DNA of 64,000 nt, from assembly GCA_039621445.1 (NCBI GenBank), contig CP154954.1, forward strand, positions 6,335,425 through 6,399,424, written 5' to 3'. The notes below the pieces were generated by a model that made no database searches, had not been told where the DNA came from, and was given only the letters and a program-made list of their open reading frames with translations. Position numbers and translations under genes: made by a program. Origin of the DNA: Euglena gracilis. Its lineage: Eukaryota. Shown here piece after piece: positions 1 through 12,166 of this stretch (the stretch's first letter is position 1; the number at the start of each line of letters is the position of its first letter).

Positions 1-399
1 TCTCAAAGAATCAATCTCCAAACCCTAATAACACCGGGAGGGAAGAGGAGGGGACGGCAAATATAGAAAGTGCGGTGCGGCAATGAGCGCAGTGTGGCGA
101 ATATAATAGCAATGCGGCGGCGAATGCACTGAGGTGCCCCTTGCACTCCTGGCCCCCTTGCGGGGCCTTTTTCTACCTTTCTCCATTCTCCTTGGCAAAT
201 TCTTGCATTTGTACATTCTCTCATTTACACGCTCATGCGTGTGTGCGTGCACTCACACCCACACGGACGTGCAAATCCGGTTTTTGAATTTTAAAAACAG
301 CACTTTGCCTTCCCATTAGGCTCACCGTAGAGCCTTGGACAGGGCCTTATGGCTCACCTTAGAGCCTACGGCCCACCGTCAATTTTAAGTTCGGACATT

Positions 400-590
400 A
401 TGTCCATTTTCACTTTTTTCTCACGGCAATACTTCACAAACTCCCCACTGAACCTGTGAATAAAATTCCCAGCCGGTTCCCAGGTCTGCTCCCCGTCTTC
501 ATATCCGACCCACTTTGTTTAAAACTCCCACTTTCCATCCTTTCCTTTCCGATGCCTTAGAATTTTCTCCACCTCCCACTCATCAGGTAA
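400..590 (-). pseudogene. Chromodomain at the C-terminus of the integrase
   Basis: EWEVEKILRHRKGKDGKWEF*TKWVGYEDGEQTWEPAGNF matches the chromodomain pattern (VE.IL..R...KW.GY....TWEP); in-frame stop at 519-521. Confidence 0.9.
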
Positions 591-1800
591 TGCCTCTTCT
601 TCTTTTTCGGTACGTTTATAATAAAAAAGAGGCACCCCTTTCCCTTCAACTTGGGGTTCCCGATACTCCTTCAAAAAACTCCTATGAGCTTTTGTCTCCA
701 CCCCAGGTTTCATTTCGATTACATAACTTCGTTCCCCTTCTCTACCCTTCACGACCCCAGGTCCCACCCACCTAGAGTCAAGCTTCTCACCCGACCCTTC
801 GGGTCTCCTACACCAAACCATCATCCCCACCTTTAGGGGTTCCATTTCTTTCCTCCCCTTATTTATCCTTGCCACCTCCTCCTCAATGCTTTTTGTTGAG
901 TATCCTAGCCACCCTCCCATCAATGTCTTGCATCGTTCGGAAAAAATCTACCGAATCCTCACATTCTTTGGGTGGTTGGTAGGGTACCCCTGCTAATGGT
1001 CGTTCCCTTCCATGTAGAATTTCATATGGGCTGAACCCGCTTTCCCCCTTTACGTCGTGAATTCGGTCCACAGCTTGGGGTAAAGCTTCAACCCAATTAA
1101 TTTTTTCTTTCACGTACAAATTTCTCAACACCTCCATTACCTGTTGTCCGGCTCTCTCAATCCTCCCGTTTGCTTGGTGGTGGTATGCTTGGGAATATGC
1201 TTGCCTAATCCCCAAAAGTGCACACATGTTTTTCCACCAAGTTCTTGTGAAATGGCTCCCTTGGTCACTTGAGATGACCGAGGGAACCCCAAAAGGCCTC
1301 AACTGATGTTTCACCATTTCCTTAGCCAACTTGGCACCGGTTAATCCCTTGTCCTTGCATGCAACCCCCACAATCCATCCCGAATGCCTATCCACACAAA
1401 GGGCTAGGGTGTCATACTCCCCCCCATCGTGTAAAACCCTTGGCATTCGAAACAAATCGATGGCAACACTTATCATTAGTGCAGGGGGTATGGGTGTGGA
1501 CTCGATCGGTCCTTTCAAACTCTTCCCCCTCACACTCGCTTGGCATGTGAAACAATTTTTGCTGCACTTTTGGTTGAGTTGTTTTGCAGCCTTTTCATCA
1601 GCCCAAACAAAACGGATTGCATGTGTTTCCAACTTTTTCAGGGCCAACGTTCCCCAAAAACTCGTGAAGTTCCTGAATCACCAAGTGTTGAAAACTTTCA
1701 GGCACACACAACTTTTCTTCAAAAAGCAATTGGCCATTTAGCTCTTTGAAGCCCGTTGGCCAAATTGAATCGCCTTTGGTAGCTACCCATTTTTCTTTCC
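591..1800 (-). pseudogene. Retroviral-type DDE integrase with C-terminal region
   Basis: CFTCQ zinc motif, SVAIDLF, LCVDRHSG, PSVISSDQGSHF, YHHQANGRIER, SPYEILHGR, then KLDSRWVGP (GPY/F-like) in the next frame. Confidence 0.95.
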
Positions 1801-2159
1801 ATGTGGGGCATTGGGAATATGCTTCCCCCCCATACGGGCTTAATATCCTTAGGGGTCGTACTTGGCAGGGCGTCCCCCACTTCCATACGAGTGTCCCCCC
1901 TCGAACTTTCAGCCGTCTCCGGGACAGGGGTCGTCTCCCCCCCCCACTTTCTCATCCCAAAAATGAACTCGTTTCTTTTCTTTCCTGGGCCATTGTGAGT
2001 GGGTGTCCACAGGGGTGTCTTTTCCTCCTGGGTCTACCCCACCCTCGGTTCCCCTCCTTGTGCACTCGCCTTTTTCCTCCTCAGGTGTTACGTTTTTGCC
2101 ACTACAGGTTGTCACCCCCCGTATCCAGGCATTACGTAAATTGGGCTGGTTTTTGATTC

Positions 2160-2910
2160 TTATCTCCAAACACTTTTTTCCTCTTCTTTTTCCTCCCGGA
2201 TAAAATTTTCCATTTCATCCTTGTCTTCGGCTGACCCATGCTTACTTATATCCCTTAGGGCCTGTGAATCTGGGTATGCCCACCGACTAATAATGTCGGC
2301 TATGGTATTTTCTTTACCCGGGATATATCCCACCGTCAAATCATACTTGGAGAAAATTTGGTGCCATCTCGCCCTCCTCCCAACCGGACCACTGGGGGTG
2401 TCCAGGACTTCCCTTGTCCAAGACTCCAAACTTTGGTGGTCGGTTAAAACCAAAACGGGTTGCAATCCAATCCAACTCTCCCATTTTTGTAGTGCCAAAA
2501 TTATGGCATATGTCTCCAACTCCCTGGGGGTCCATTTTCTTTGCCCCTCGGTCAATTTTCGAGACATAAAAGCCACTGGCACAGTTTTTTTCTCAATCAC
2601 ATCTTGGGCTGTGGGCCCCCCTCCTTCATTTGCTCTAACGTTGCCCCCACGGCGTACCCACTGGCATCTACCCTTAGCACAAAGGGTTTATCTGGGTCTA
2701 CCCGTTGCAACATTAGGCCCGAACACAACCATTTTTTCAGCTCCTCAAAAGCTTTTAAATCCTCCCCATCAAATTCCACAGGTTTTCGACTTCCTTTCTT
2801 TCCCACCTCCCTAGGGACTTTCAATTTGTCTTGCAGCCGGGCAGCTACTTCCGCATACATGTGAACGTATGCATTGTAATAATTTGTGAATCCCAAAAAG
2901 GCTCTCAAAG
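2160..2910 (-). pseudogene. RT connection region and RNase H
   Basis: RAFLGFTNYY, FVLRVDASGYAVGATL, PVAFMSRKL, RELETYAI, VLTDHQSL, YIPGKENTIADIISR. Confidence 0.95.
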
Positions 2911-3680
2911 CCGTAATTGTTTTTGGAACCTCCCACTATTCGATCGCTCGTAGCTTACCCGGTGCTGGCCTCCTAGTCCCATTTCCTAAAATCTGTCCAC
3001 AAAATTAAACCCCCTCCACAAAAAGTTTGGCTTTGAATTCATCAGCCACCAAAAGTTCTGTTTTGAGCACTTCCAACACTCTCCTCAAATCTTTTTCATG
3101 TGCCCCCACTAGATCCTCCCCTTCCCCGACCGTTGTCCACACCAGTATGTCGTCTATGTCCCCTGTGGCGATATCCCTTACTGGTGTCAAACGGTCATCG
3201 ATCATTTGCTGAAATTGTTGGGGGGCATTTGTCAAACCCATTACGTTCACCCTCCACTGAAAAATCCCTTTGGGGGTGAAACAACACGTTATGGGTCGAC
3301 TTTCTGGGTGTGAAGGTTGTTGGTGAAAAGCTTGATTTGAATCAATGATCGAAAACATTTGGTTTGCACCATGTTTGACAAAAATGTCTTCAGTTTTGGG
3401 TAAGTGGTAGTTGCATCGCCTTGTTTGGCTGTTTGGGCCCCTGAGGTCCACCACCCCCCTCCAAGGAGAATCGTTGGATTTTTTTGGAACTGGAAAAGTC
3501 TGGGAGAGCCATTCAGAATTTTTGGCTGTGGCTGGCTCAATGTATTTTTTGTCAAGCCAGTCTTGGGTGATTTTTTCAAGTGCCTCTTTCCTCTCACCAT
3601 ACATGAAAAAAGGCTTCTGTCTGGTTGGCTTTGCCCCCTCCTTCAAAGGTATGTATGCATAACCATATTGTCCTCTTTCG
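2911..3680 (-). pseudogene. Reverse transcriptase (Ty3/Gypsy)
   Basis: FPVPKK..WRGVVDLRGPNSQT, QAFHQ, FQWRVNVMGLTNAPQQFQ; catalytic motif reads GDIDDIL where YIDD is expected. Confidence 0.95.
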
Positions 3681-4079
3681 GGGGGGGTCTGGAAATGGCG
3701 ATGACTGAAATACTGTCCCCCGGTAATCTTCCAAAACTTGTTCCCTCAACTTGACTACCCGTTCCTCCTCTTTTTTGTCCTCCCCCTCCCTTGCAATTAT
3801 CATTCGGTTGACAACTTGCACTGGGGGGTCACTTCCTTCCAAATTTGTGGCAACCTCCCCCAAGTCCTCGTCACTCAAAAATTGCAAGTCCTGGTCCAAC
3901 CCTTCCAATGGCAAACAAAGACCAAGTTTTTGCAACCCAAACGAAGACCCGTCCGCCACAGTCACATTGTCCACTGAAACATTTGTGTCATCCCTGAAAT
4001 TTTGCGGACCCCTCCGTCCTTCAACACCCCGCAAAAAAATCAGGTCGGGGCTGTCTTTCACCAATGCCTTGTGGTGTGG

Positions 4080-4420
4080 AAAAATTCCCAGTTTTGCCTC
4101 CGCCAACCATGGATAAGAAAGAATGGCATCAACTTTGATGTTTGCCACATAAAATTCAAACTCATATTCCACAAACTCAATTTCCCTTTCCTCATTCGAA
4201 TTTTGTTGAAGGATCATTTTCACCTTAGCACATCTGCTCCCCCCCGCCAAAGTTTGCCCATTGGCTGTTTCAAACCTTAACGGGTCCTTAGCAGGATACA
4301 TTAGGTGGTCCCCTATCAACCCTTGTCGAATGAGGTTTGCCTCAGCCTCCGTGTCAATCAAAATTCTGGCCGTTTTTTCCTCCCCATTTGCCAACCGTAT
4401 CTGTGTTTTTAACAGCAGTT
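4080..4420 (-). pseudogene. Retropepsin aspartic protease
   Basis: ILIDTEAEANLI (DTG-type active site, here DTE), ETANG flap and DAILSYPWL within ORF 3594..4769. Confidence 0.88.
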
Positions 4421-4539
4421 GTCTGTCCTCCCCAAGTTTCTTTGCTCCTCCCCGAGTGTTTGTCCCTCTCAACATTCTTTTTTTCAGCCGCACCAATTTT
4501 TTCTTTCCTGGGGCTGCCCCCCCCTGGGAGGGTTGCCTT

Positions 4540-4900
4540 CTATCAATCAACAAGGCCCACACCCCCCAACGGGTACCCCTCAAAATCCACCCATCAGCCT
4601 CAAACAACTTTGTCCCCTTGGGAAAATAAATCTTTTTGACAGCAATAGCCACCAGATTTCTCACCCACCTCCTATTCCAGTCTGGGCAAATACAAATTGC
4701 CCGACAATTGAATTTTTGCAATTTTTCAGCCACCTCAGGCCACAAAGTCCAGGGGGGGTTCATCCACAACGTTTCCTCCGCCCCCCATTCCTTTTTCGTG
4801 GCATCATCATCCCCCCCATAAAACTTTTCACACCTGGCATTTTGGCTGGTTGCAAAACAATCCCGTTACGCCTTAACCCGAAATTCATTCTCAATTTCCT
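4540..4900 (-). pseudogene. Dam-like (phage/DIRS-type) N6-adenine DNA methyltransferase domain within the Gypsy polyprotein
   Basis: In-frame translation *RDCFATSQNARCEKFYGGDDDATKKEWGAEETLWMNPPWTLWPEVAEKLQKFNCRAICICPDWNRRW: D.FA...NA.C..F motif, catalytic NPPW and P.W motif; continuous with the protease ORF. Confidence 0.85.
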
Positions 4901-4959
4901 CCATACAAACTTTCCTAACAGCATAATCCTCCCTACGATATCCGCTTTTTCGTTCCAAC

Positions 4960-5540
4960 ACGGTTAACAAATACTCCACCAGTTGTTTGGGCACCCTCCA
5001 TTTTTTCTGAGTACTAACTGTCATTCCATATCCTCCCAAATTTTCTTGGTGACTCCTCCCCCCAGGAATCAAATTCGGGCAGGTCTGGCCATCACAAAGT
5101 TTGTTTTGTAGCTTGCTCAGATTTTCGCTCCCCCAGATTCGGGTGGGCTTTTGATATCCCCGTTCTGAAAATTGACAATAATCAACATCGACAAAGGTAA
5201 GATTTTGAACACAGGGTCTTTTTCGAAGCAACCCATGACGGGGATTTTCAATCCACCACAACTTTGGGTCGAAATATTCGACAATTTCCAAAGTTTTTTT
5301 GACCAAATTTCTGACTCCCAACGTTTTGGCCAAGCTATATTCTGTACAGGGCACCCCCGCAGCGATGATCTGAAAATATCCGGGGGGTTACCTCCAATAT
5401 CTCCACTCCAAAATATTTGCACAGTGGATTGGGTTAAATCTGGGGTTTATGTCCACTGACACAACCTTAAACCCCTGCTCTCTCAGGCAATCCCCAACCG
5501 AGCCTTTACCGCAAAAAAATGTCTAAAGCTCTTTTCCTTA
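4960..5540 (-). pseudogene. C5-cytosine DNA methyltransferase domain within the Gypsy polyprotein
   Basis: RALDIF/CGKGS (motif I FxGxG, +1 frameshift in a T7 run at ~5513-5519), VVSVDI (II), IIAAGVPCTEYS (IV, catalytic PC), WWIENP (VI), DYCQF...GYQKPTRIW (VIII-like), RVPKQLV (X-like); one TAA at ~5388. Confidence 0.9.
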
Positions 5541-5799
5541 CGGAAGGCTGTGCACGACCTCTTATGAGGTCTGATTCTTTACAGATTTGGGCCGAGTCAC
5601 AGATTTGCACGTCACGCAGGCACGCACCCGACACACTGGACACACCTTGTGCAGAGATCTCCTGGGATGGCAGATTTTTCATCGTGGTTTCACTCGCACG
5701 ACATTTTTCATGCCACCTGGGATTTGTGTATGTCTTTGTGTGGGGCTGGGTATGCGAGCCCGGGGCGGCTCCCGCCCCCAACGGTCCACCCCGGCTATC

Positions 5800-8700
5800 C
5801 TAGCAACGGTTTCCTTTCCCCCTTCCTTTGCCTTTGCCTTTTCCACCATCTTGGCCCTTTCCCCTAGACCAGTCATTTCCATTGTTTCCTTTCCCCCAAG
5901 AATTGTTTCCTTTGCCCTTTCCTTTGCCTTTGCCTTTGCCACCACCAAACTGTGAATCAAAATTCTGTTGATTTGAGTGCCACCACTGATTTCCCTGAAA
6001 ATTGGCATTGGCGTTGGAATTCCTCCCAGAATCGTTTCTCCATCCACCCCCATTGCCAAATTGAGATTGCTGGGGGGGTGAATATGACTGTGATCGAACC
6101 ACTGGCACTGGATTTTGCACTTGGGGGTTCGCGTTTGCATCGGTCGCCGGAGCTGCCACCTGTGAATCTGATTTTTCAACGGACGGTTTTACCACCGTTT
6201 CGCCCCCCTTTGCTGACCGTGCTGGGGAGGGTGTCCTGGACCCCTTGGCCCGATCTGCCTTTTCAGTCCTGGCCCTCCGGTTTCCGGACCCATTTGGCTC
6301 TCCGGAACTGTGTAACATGTCTTGATTATCCCTGGATGACAATTTTCGCTCAACAAAACGGAAAATTTCTTCAGCTCCCATTTTTGACTGTTCCTACACA
6401 ATTTTGATTCTTTTATCCGTGCCTGTGATTGGTTTCACACTGACCTCTTTCAGGTTGTCGCAAATCGTAGTATAGGGCAAAAAGACTTCGAAGTCCAGCG
6501 GTGAAACTTTCGAAACCTTGCAGGGCTTTTCCACAGTGACACGTTCCACAGCACAAATAATGTTTTCCTCCGTTGCTGGCACTCCAGGGTACATTTTGAC
6601 TTTCGGTCCACACGTTGATTTCCTTTCCTCCTCATCGGCGACCCAATGCAAAATGAAATTTGGAAGTTTTCCTTTGACCAGTCTTTCTGCCTCATCGTCA
6701 GTGGCGCTTTTCACCTGTCTCCAGGCCATTTTGAAATTTATGACAAAGTCTCGCCATCCCGTACAGTAATTTTCCCTTGGTTCACAAGGTGGACATCATT
6801 CCATTTTTTTCTGGCACAGTCGGACTGAGTTCCAGCATATTTCCCGTCAATCCTGTCAAATTCCTCGTCGAAAGATGTTTTTCGGTTCAATTCCATTCGG
6901 GATTGCAATTCCTTTTTATTTGTGTCGTCCAGCGTCATTGCAAAAAGCCGAAGTTTGAGTGAATCAGACACATGTCCATTTTGCAAAATAACCAACGTCC
7001 TGACATATTGATCCCAATCTCGCACAAAGGACGACCAGTCTTTTGGCTGTCCAGAAAAATTTGGAGCTACCAGGTTTTTCATCAATTGATGCGTTGCCAC
7101 TGCATTTGATGAAACCAGCCCTGCGCCTGACATGTGTCGCATGTGACCCTGCTTCAGCGTATTCATAGTCTTCAATTTCAACCGGATTTTTCTCGATCAC
7201 AGGTAAATCATTGCAACCAAAAAGATCAAACTCCTCTATTTCTGGGTTTCCAGCTGATTTTTCTCTCGTTTCCTTTGTCAGATCCACTGTCGCAGATTTG
7301 GCAGATTCAGCTTGCTGATTTTTCATCACCAAAATCTCAGCCTGAAATAAATCCAGCTTTTGTTTCAATTTTTTGTGCTCCTGCTGTTCTTTTCGAAGTT
7401 CAACGCACTGCTGTTGCAGTAAAACTCCAACCTGCTGTTTCATCGAGTTTTCCATTTCGGCCCGAACTTTCTCAAACTGCCCCTCCCTTTCACTCAGCCT
7501 CAACCTTTCGTGCAACATTTCACTGATAATCACCTCCAAATTCTTTCTCGTTTGCAGCCCCAACTCCCTTTGCACCTCCAACCGAATTGTTTCCTCACTC
7601 TTGTTAATCAGGGCAGAGACTTTCTCAATGGGAAAATCTTTCCGACCCAGAAAATTCTCCAACCTCCCCAAACGATCATTCAGAGCTTTGCTCTCTCGCT
7701 CCAGGGACTGTGAAAATTCCTTCAATTTCTCAGCCTGTGCCTGAAAATTGGCACACTCAGTCTCCCCCAAACTTTTGCATTGCTGAAAAATGGTCCCAAA
7801 GCGTCCCTCCAGACCAGAGCTTAGCTCACCGACTGCAGATTTGACCTGATTAACAGCAATTTCCTGCTGTTTTTCCTTCTCCCCCACTTGTTGCACCGCC
7901 ACATGCATCTCCCCCACAGATTTTTCCAAAAACGACAGCTTCTGAGAAAAATCCCTCTCATTTTTTGTCAACCCCTCAACCTTGGTCTCAAAAAACGTGT
8001 TTACTCCACCCTCCACTTTCTTCACTTTTTCAGCAAACTGCCGTTCCATTTCCACACTCAACAAATGTCTTTGGCATTGGGCCAGATTTTGCACCATTTC
8101 ACCATTTTGCTGAAACTGCAAAAGCAAGTCGTTTATGGTTGCACTCAGTTCAGCCTGAATTTCACGTTTCACCATGGCAATGTGATCCGCCATTTGCTGA
8201 TCATGCATGCCCAATGCCTCATTGACCAGATTCAATGTCTGCCCCTGTGACATGGCCAATGCCTGATTTAACCTGTTTTCTGCCTCCCCCACCAGATTTT
8301 CAGCCGTTTTCTCAGGATTTTTTCCTTCCTGCACCAAAAGTCTGCAATGTAAACATTCAATTTTGCAACTGATTTCTTCACCCCAATTGTTCCAATCATC
8401 ATCGGATTGGCCATAGCCTGATTCCATTTCCACATCATGCTGATTTTCAGGGTTTTCGGACCCAGTTTCTGCAGAAAAACTGGTGTTTGGCTGTAAATTC
8501 TGTGGCTGGGTCTGTGGAAAATCTGGCTGAATTGGCTGGAAAATCTGGGCTGGGCCTGTGTTTGAAGACACTGTTAACGCTGGCTGAAAAACTTGCCCAT
8601 GCATCTGGGCTGGTCCCATGATTGCTGGAACAGACGGCTCAGCCGAAAACTGCTGGGCTGGCTGAAAAACCTGTGAAGTCATCTGGGATGGCCCCATGAT

Positions 8701-10060
8701 TGCTGGGACAGATGACTCCGCCGAAAACTGCTGGGCTGGCTGAAAAACCTGTGAAGTTATCTGGGCTGGCCCCATGATTGCTGGGACAGATGACTCAGTC
8801 GAAAACTGCTGGGCTGGCTGAAAAACCTGTGAAGTCATCTGGGCTGGCCCCATGATTGCTGGGACAGATGACTCAGTCGAAAACTGCTGGGCTGGCTGAA
8901 AAACCTGTGAAGTCATCTGGGCTGGGACAGATATCTCAGCCAAAAACGGCTGGGCTGGCTGACAAACTTGCAGCTGGGCTGCAGCTGGCTGTGCTGACTG
9001 CGATTCTGAACTCTGTGTTAACAGCAATCGTTCTGGCTGGGCTGTTAAACACAAAACGTTTTGTTCTGGCCCTGGGCTGCTGTCTCGTGACGACACAGAA
9101 ATTTGCTGAAAACCTGAAAAATTTACTGGCCACATGCCAGCAGCTTTCATTCTTCGCATAACCATTTCCTGAATTATTTCGTTTTCAGCCTGTTTTTCTT
9201 CCTCAATTTCGCTTTCGTAAGCTGGGGGGTCTGATTCGTCGTCACTGCCATGCAGTGGAACCAGCTGTAAATTTTCTGGCTCTGCCAGCGTGATGGGCCT
9301 TATGCATGTAATTAACCCCCTCTCCGAATCAGAATCAGATTCTGATTCCTGTGTCGTTTCTGAAAATCTGAAGCCGATAAAGTTTCTGCAGCCTGAGAAT
9401 TGTTTTCTGCCACAGATTCCATCATGATTTGCAATGATGCCACAGGTTCTGAAAACTGGGCTGCAGAAAATTCAGTTTCCTTTTCGTTCTGAAAATAGAT
9501 TTCTGCCACAGATCTCAAAAAATTTGGCCGGGAAACGAGCAGATGTCTGCGGATTCTTCTGAAAATTCACAGACCACAGGGTTGATGAAACTGTCCTCGT
9601 GCACCATTCTGCTGGCACAGCCACCAGAACAAATCTCTGTGACCGTGTCGACCGTCTCTGGAAATTTTTCACTGACTGGGTCAGTGAAAGAACCTTTGCT
9701 TGCGATGTCAGCCGAATCTGAAAACTTTGCACTGATTCTGCTGGCTGAGCCAGTGGAACAAACCTCTGCCACGATGTTCACCGAATCTGAAAAATCCTCA
9801 ATGATTCTGCTGGCAGAGCCAGCAGAACAAACCTCTGCGACCATGTTCGCCGGCCCCACCCCCTGTGCGCCGCCGGTCGCCCCCGCGACCGGCGAGTCCC
9901 GGTGGGCCGAGCGCCCGGGGGGTCCTCGCCGTCGTGGAAAACCACCAACAGCCGGGGGGTGGGTGTTTCCGGGGTGGGGCCTGCGCTTTCTCCGAGGGTT
10001 GGTGGGCTCAAGCCAACCCCCGTTTGTTTCACTCAGGTATTTTCCCAACCCCTGCCGGTG
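5800..10060 (-). pseudogene. Large Gag-like ORF1, fragmented: repeat-rich N-terminus, coiled coil, capsid-like region, GK-rich basic tail
   Basis: The 733-aa ORF 6964..9165 is Q/E-rich and coiled-coil-like; APNFSGQPKDWSSFVRDWDQY is Gag capsid-like; GKGKGKGKG tail at ~5810-5950; lies directly upstream of the pol domains. Confidence 0.75.
8570..8960 (-). repeat. 78-bp coding tandem repeat (26 aa, ~4.5 copies) in Gag-like ORF
   Basis: AQMTSQVFQPAQQFSTESSVPAIMGP repeated; ccatgattgctgg recurs at 78-bp spacing. Confidence 0.9.
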
Positions 10061-11779
10061 GGTAGGATCGTTTTTTTAATGTTTTCTGAAAATTTGGTGA
10101 ACACCGAAAAATCTGCCATTTGCAATGAAATAGAACTTTTCTCTCTGAAATCTCACTTTTTTCTCTTTCTCTCTCTCACACTCTCTTGCACACCTTGAAG
10201 GAAAAACCAACCCACTGAATTCTGAAATGAATTCCAACCCACTGGAGAAGCAATCACACTGTTGGAAATCTGTGAGAGTGACTGAATGTGATAAAAAAAA
10301 ACAACCTGGGGCAAGGAAGAGGGGTATAGGGAATAGAAGCGGCGGTGAGGGTGGCGGTGTTGCAGGGTCTCCTTCTTGATTTCAATACCAAATTGACTTC
10401 AATAACTCCACCAACAATGTAATGACCAACAATGTAACTGTCAATTCCAATTCAACAATGTGATTGCTCAAATCCAATTCAATATATTTCCTCTTTGCCA
10501 AATAATGGGGAAAACCCCTCAAGTTTCTGTGAAAAATGACAAATTTGAAGGCGCTTAGAAATTTGACCCGCTTCCAATTTAAGTCGCGGGTTTCTCTAAC
10601 TGATTGGCTGTTACCCGCGACTTTGTAATTTGCGCTTTCTGGCAATTTTTGGCTGCCTGCGAAAGCCGGCGGCCGACACGTTCCAACGCAAACCAATTTG
10701 ACAAAGTAAATCCCCAATTGCTGGTTGCCACCTTACTGCTCGACGCTCTGTATCGGCATCCTGTTGCAACAATAATTTGCGTTGCTTTGTGAACCTCCTT
10801 TTCCAGCTCTCATCAGTCTGGTGCATTATTTGGTCTCTCGAAAGGTTACCTTTGTTCACTGTTCTGCGTGCAAGGAGCTCCAGTGTATGGTGCAGTGCTC
10901 TGGCATTATTTCTAAACCCCCTTTTTTGACGATTTGAGAGGAGATTGGTGGACTTCCTGGTTCTCCCTCTCTTGAAAGCAACGCCTTCGGCACCATTGTG
11001 ATGGTTAACTTGATAGGGTATCCCGCGCAGTTCGAAAAAGAGTTTCAGACCCTCTTGAGGCTCCATCCTCAAAATCATCGGTTGGACTTTTCAAAGAAAA
11101 GGAACGGGAACCTGAAGAAAAACCAACTTTTTTTTTAAAAGCATGAAAACATTCCCTCCGGGGTTTGGGGACCTCAGTTTTGGCTGAAAAAGAAAGCCAA
11201 CCCGGCTTTATTTGGGCCTTCTGGGACCGCCCAGCCCATCAAGTCAACCCGACCATCCCCCGGACCTGGGCCGGGCAGGCTTGTTTAAGATGAGGGATGT
11301 CCATGTCACTCAAACAGCGCCAATTCCTGTAAAATTTTCAACGCTCTGCTCTGGGCAAATTTCGAGTTGGAACAACAATGTCTTCCCTATCCAATTTTTT
11401 TCGCGCCATGGTCAGTCGTTTCTCGATCAGTGGGCCGTCAGTTTTGTGGCCCCTTTTCGATGGGAAATGTTTTGCTTGTAAAAAAGACTGGCGCTTCGGA
11501 AAAGCTTATGAAAGGCAAAGGGGCGCTACACCCAAGGACAAAAAATGCGCTTGGTTATTTTTTGAACCTAACGCCCCGTACTCCCTCGAGGTTAACCGAC
11601 AAGGAGGAAGGGACACCGAGGGCAAAGCACAACGACCTTGTGAGGCCATGCCTTGTTCGCCGGCGGTGTTGTTTGGATCGTTCGTGGTGCGTTGGGTTAG
11701 GAGTCCCCGCTGAGTGTCGCCTCGCCCGAGTTGGATGACGATGCTGCTCCGACTTGGCGACGTGGCTTCTTGCCCCTTG

Positions 11780-12166
11780 AAAACCCCTCCCCCAAATAAT
11801 AAACCCCCCAAAAAATAACCCCCCCCCCCGAGGACCGACTTCGGCGGCCCAAAAAATACCCCCCCCCCCCTGTGTTAGGTGTGATGGCAAAGAAAAAAGA
11901 GTCAAAATTTGCAGGAAAGTTGCAAAAAAATCACGAAAATTGATCAAATTGGTGCACAGAATACGCCAAAAAAACCCCAATTTTCAAAAAAGCCCAAAAT
12001 TGCCAAAAAAGTGAGCATTGGAGCCCGTGGAGGGTTTTTTGGGTTGATTTATGACTTCGAAATTTTTGCTTAAATAATAAACCCCCCCCCAAATAATAAA
12101 CCTCCTCCTGGACCCCGACTTCGGGTGTCCAAATAATAAACCGGGGGGGTTTATTATTTGGGTTTA
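11780..12166. mobile_element. MITE-like element (~390 bp), copy 1
   Basis: Inverted ends (aaacccc..aaataataa / ttattatttgggttt), repeated aaataataaacccc motifs, collinear with 19142-19562. Confidence 0.7.

Larger units (their letters stand above)
395..10390 (-). mobile_element. Ty3/Gypsy (chromodomain-bearing) LTR retrotransposon internal region, decayed; order Gag-C5 MTase-N6A MTase-PR-RT-RH-IN-CHROMO
   Basis: Collinear minus-strand ORF fragments with Ty3/Gypsy domain order (integrase after RNase H), interrupted by several stops and frameshifts. The LTR pair cannot be confirmed; the 3' LTR would lie at or beyond the left edge. Confidence 0.93.

Noticed and set aside
1-200. 3' LTR of element 1 matching 10300-10370
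   Set aside because: The resemblance is only loose and purine-rich; no alignable LTR pair can be shown within the window.
4540-5540. Bacterial or phage restriction-modification contamination
   Set aside because: The MTase domains are in frame with the retroelement Gag and protease, show similar decay, and have no endonuclease partner.
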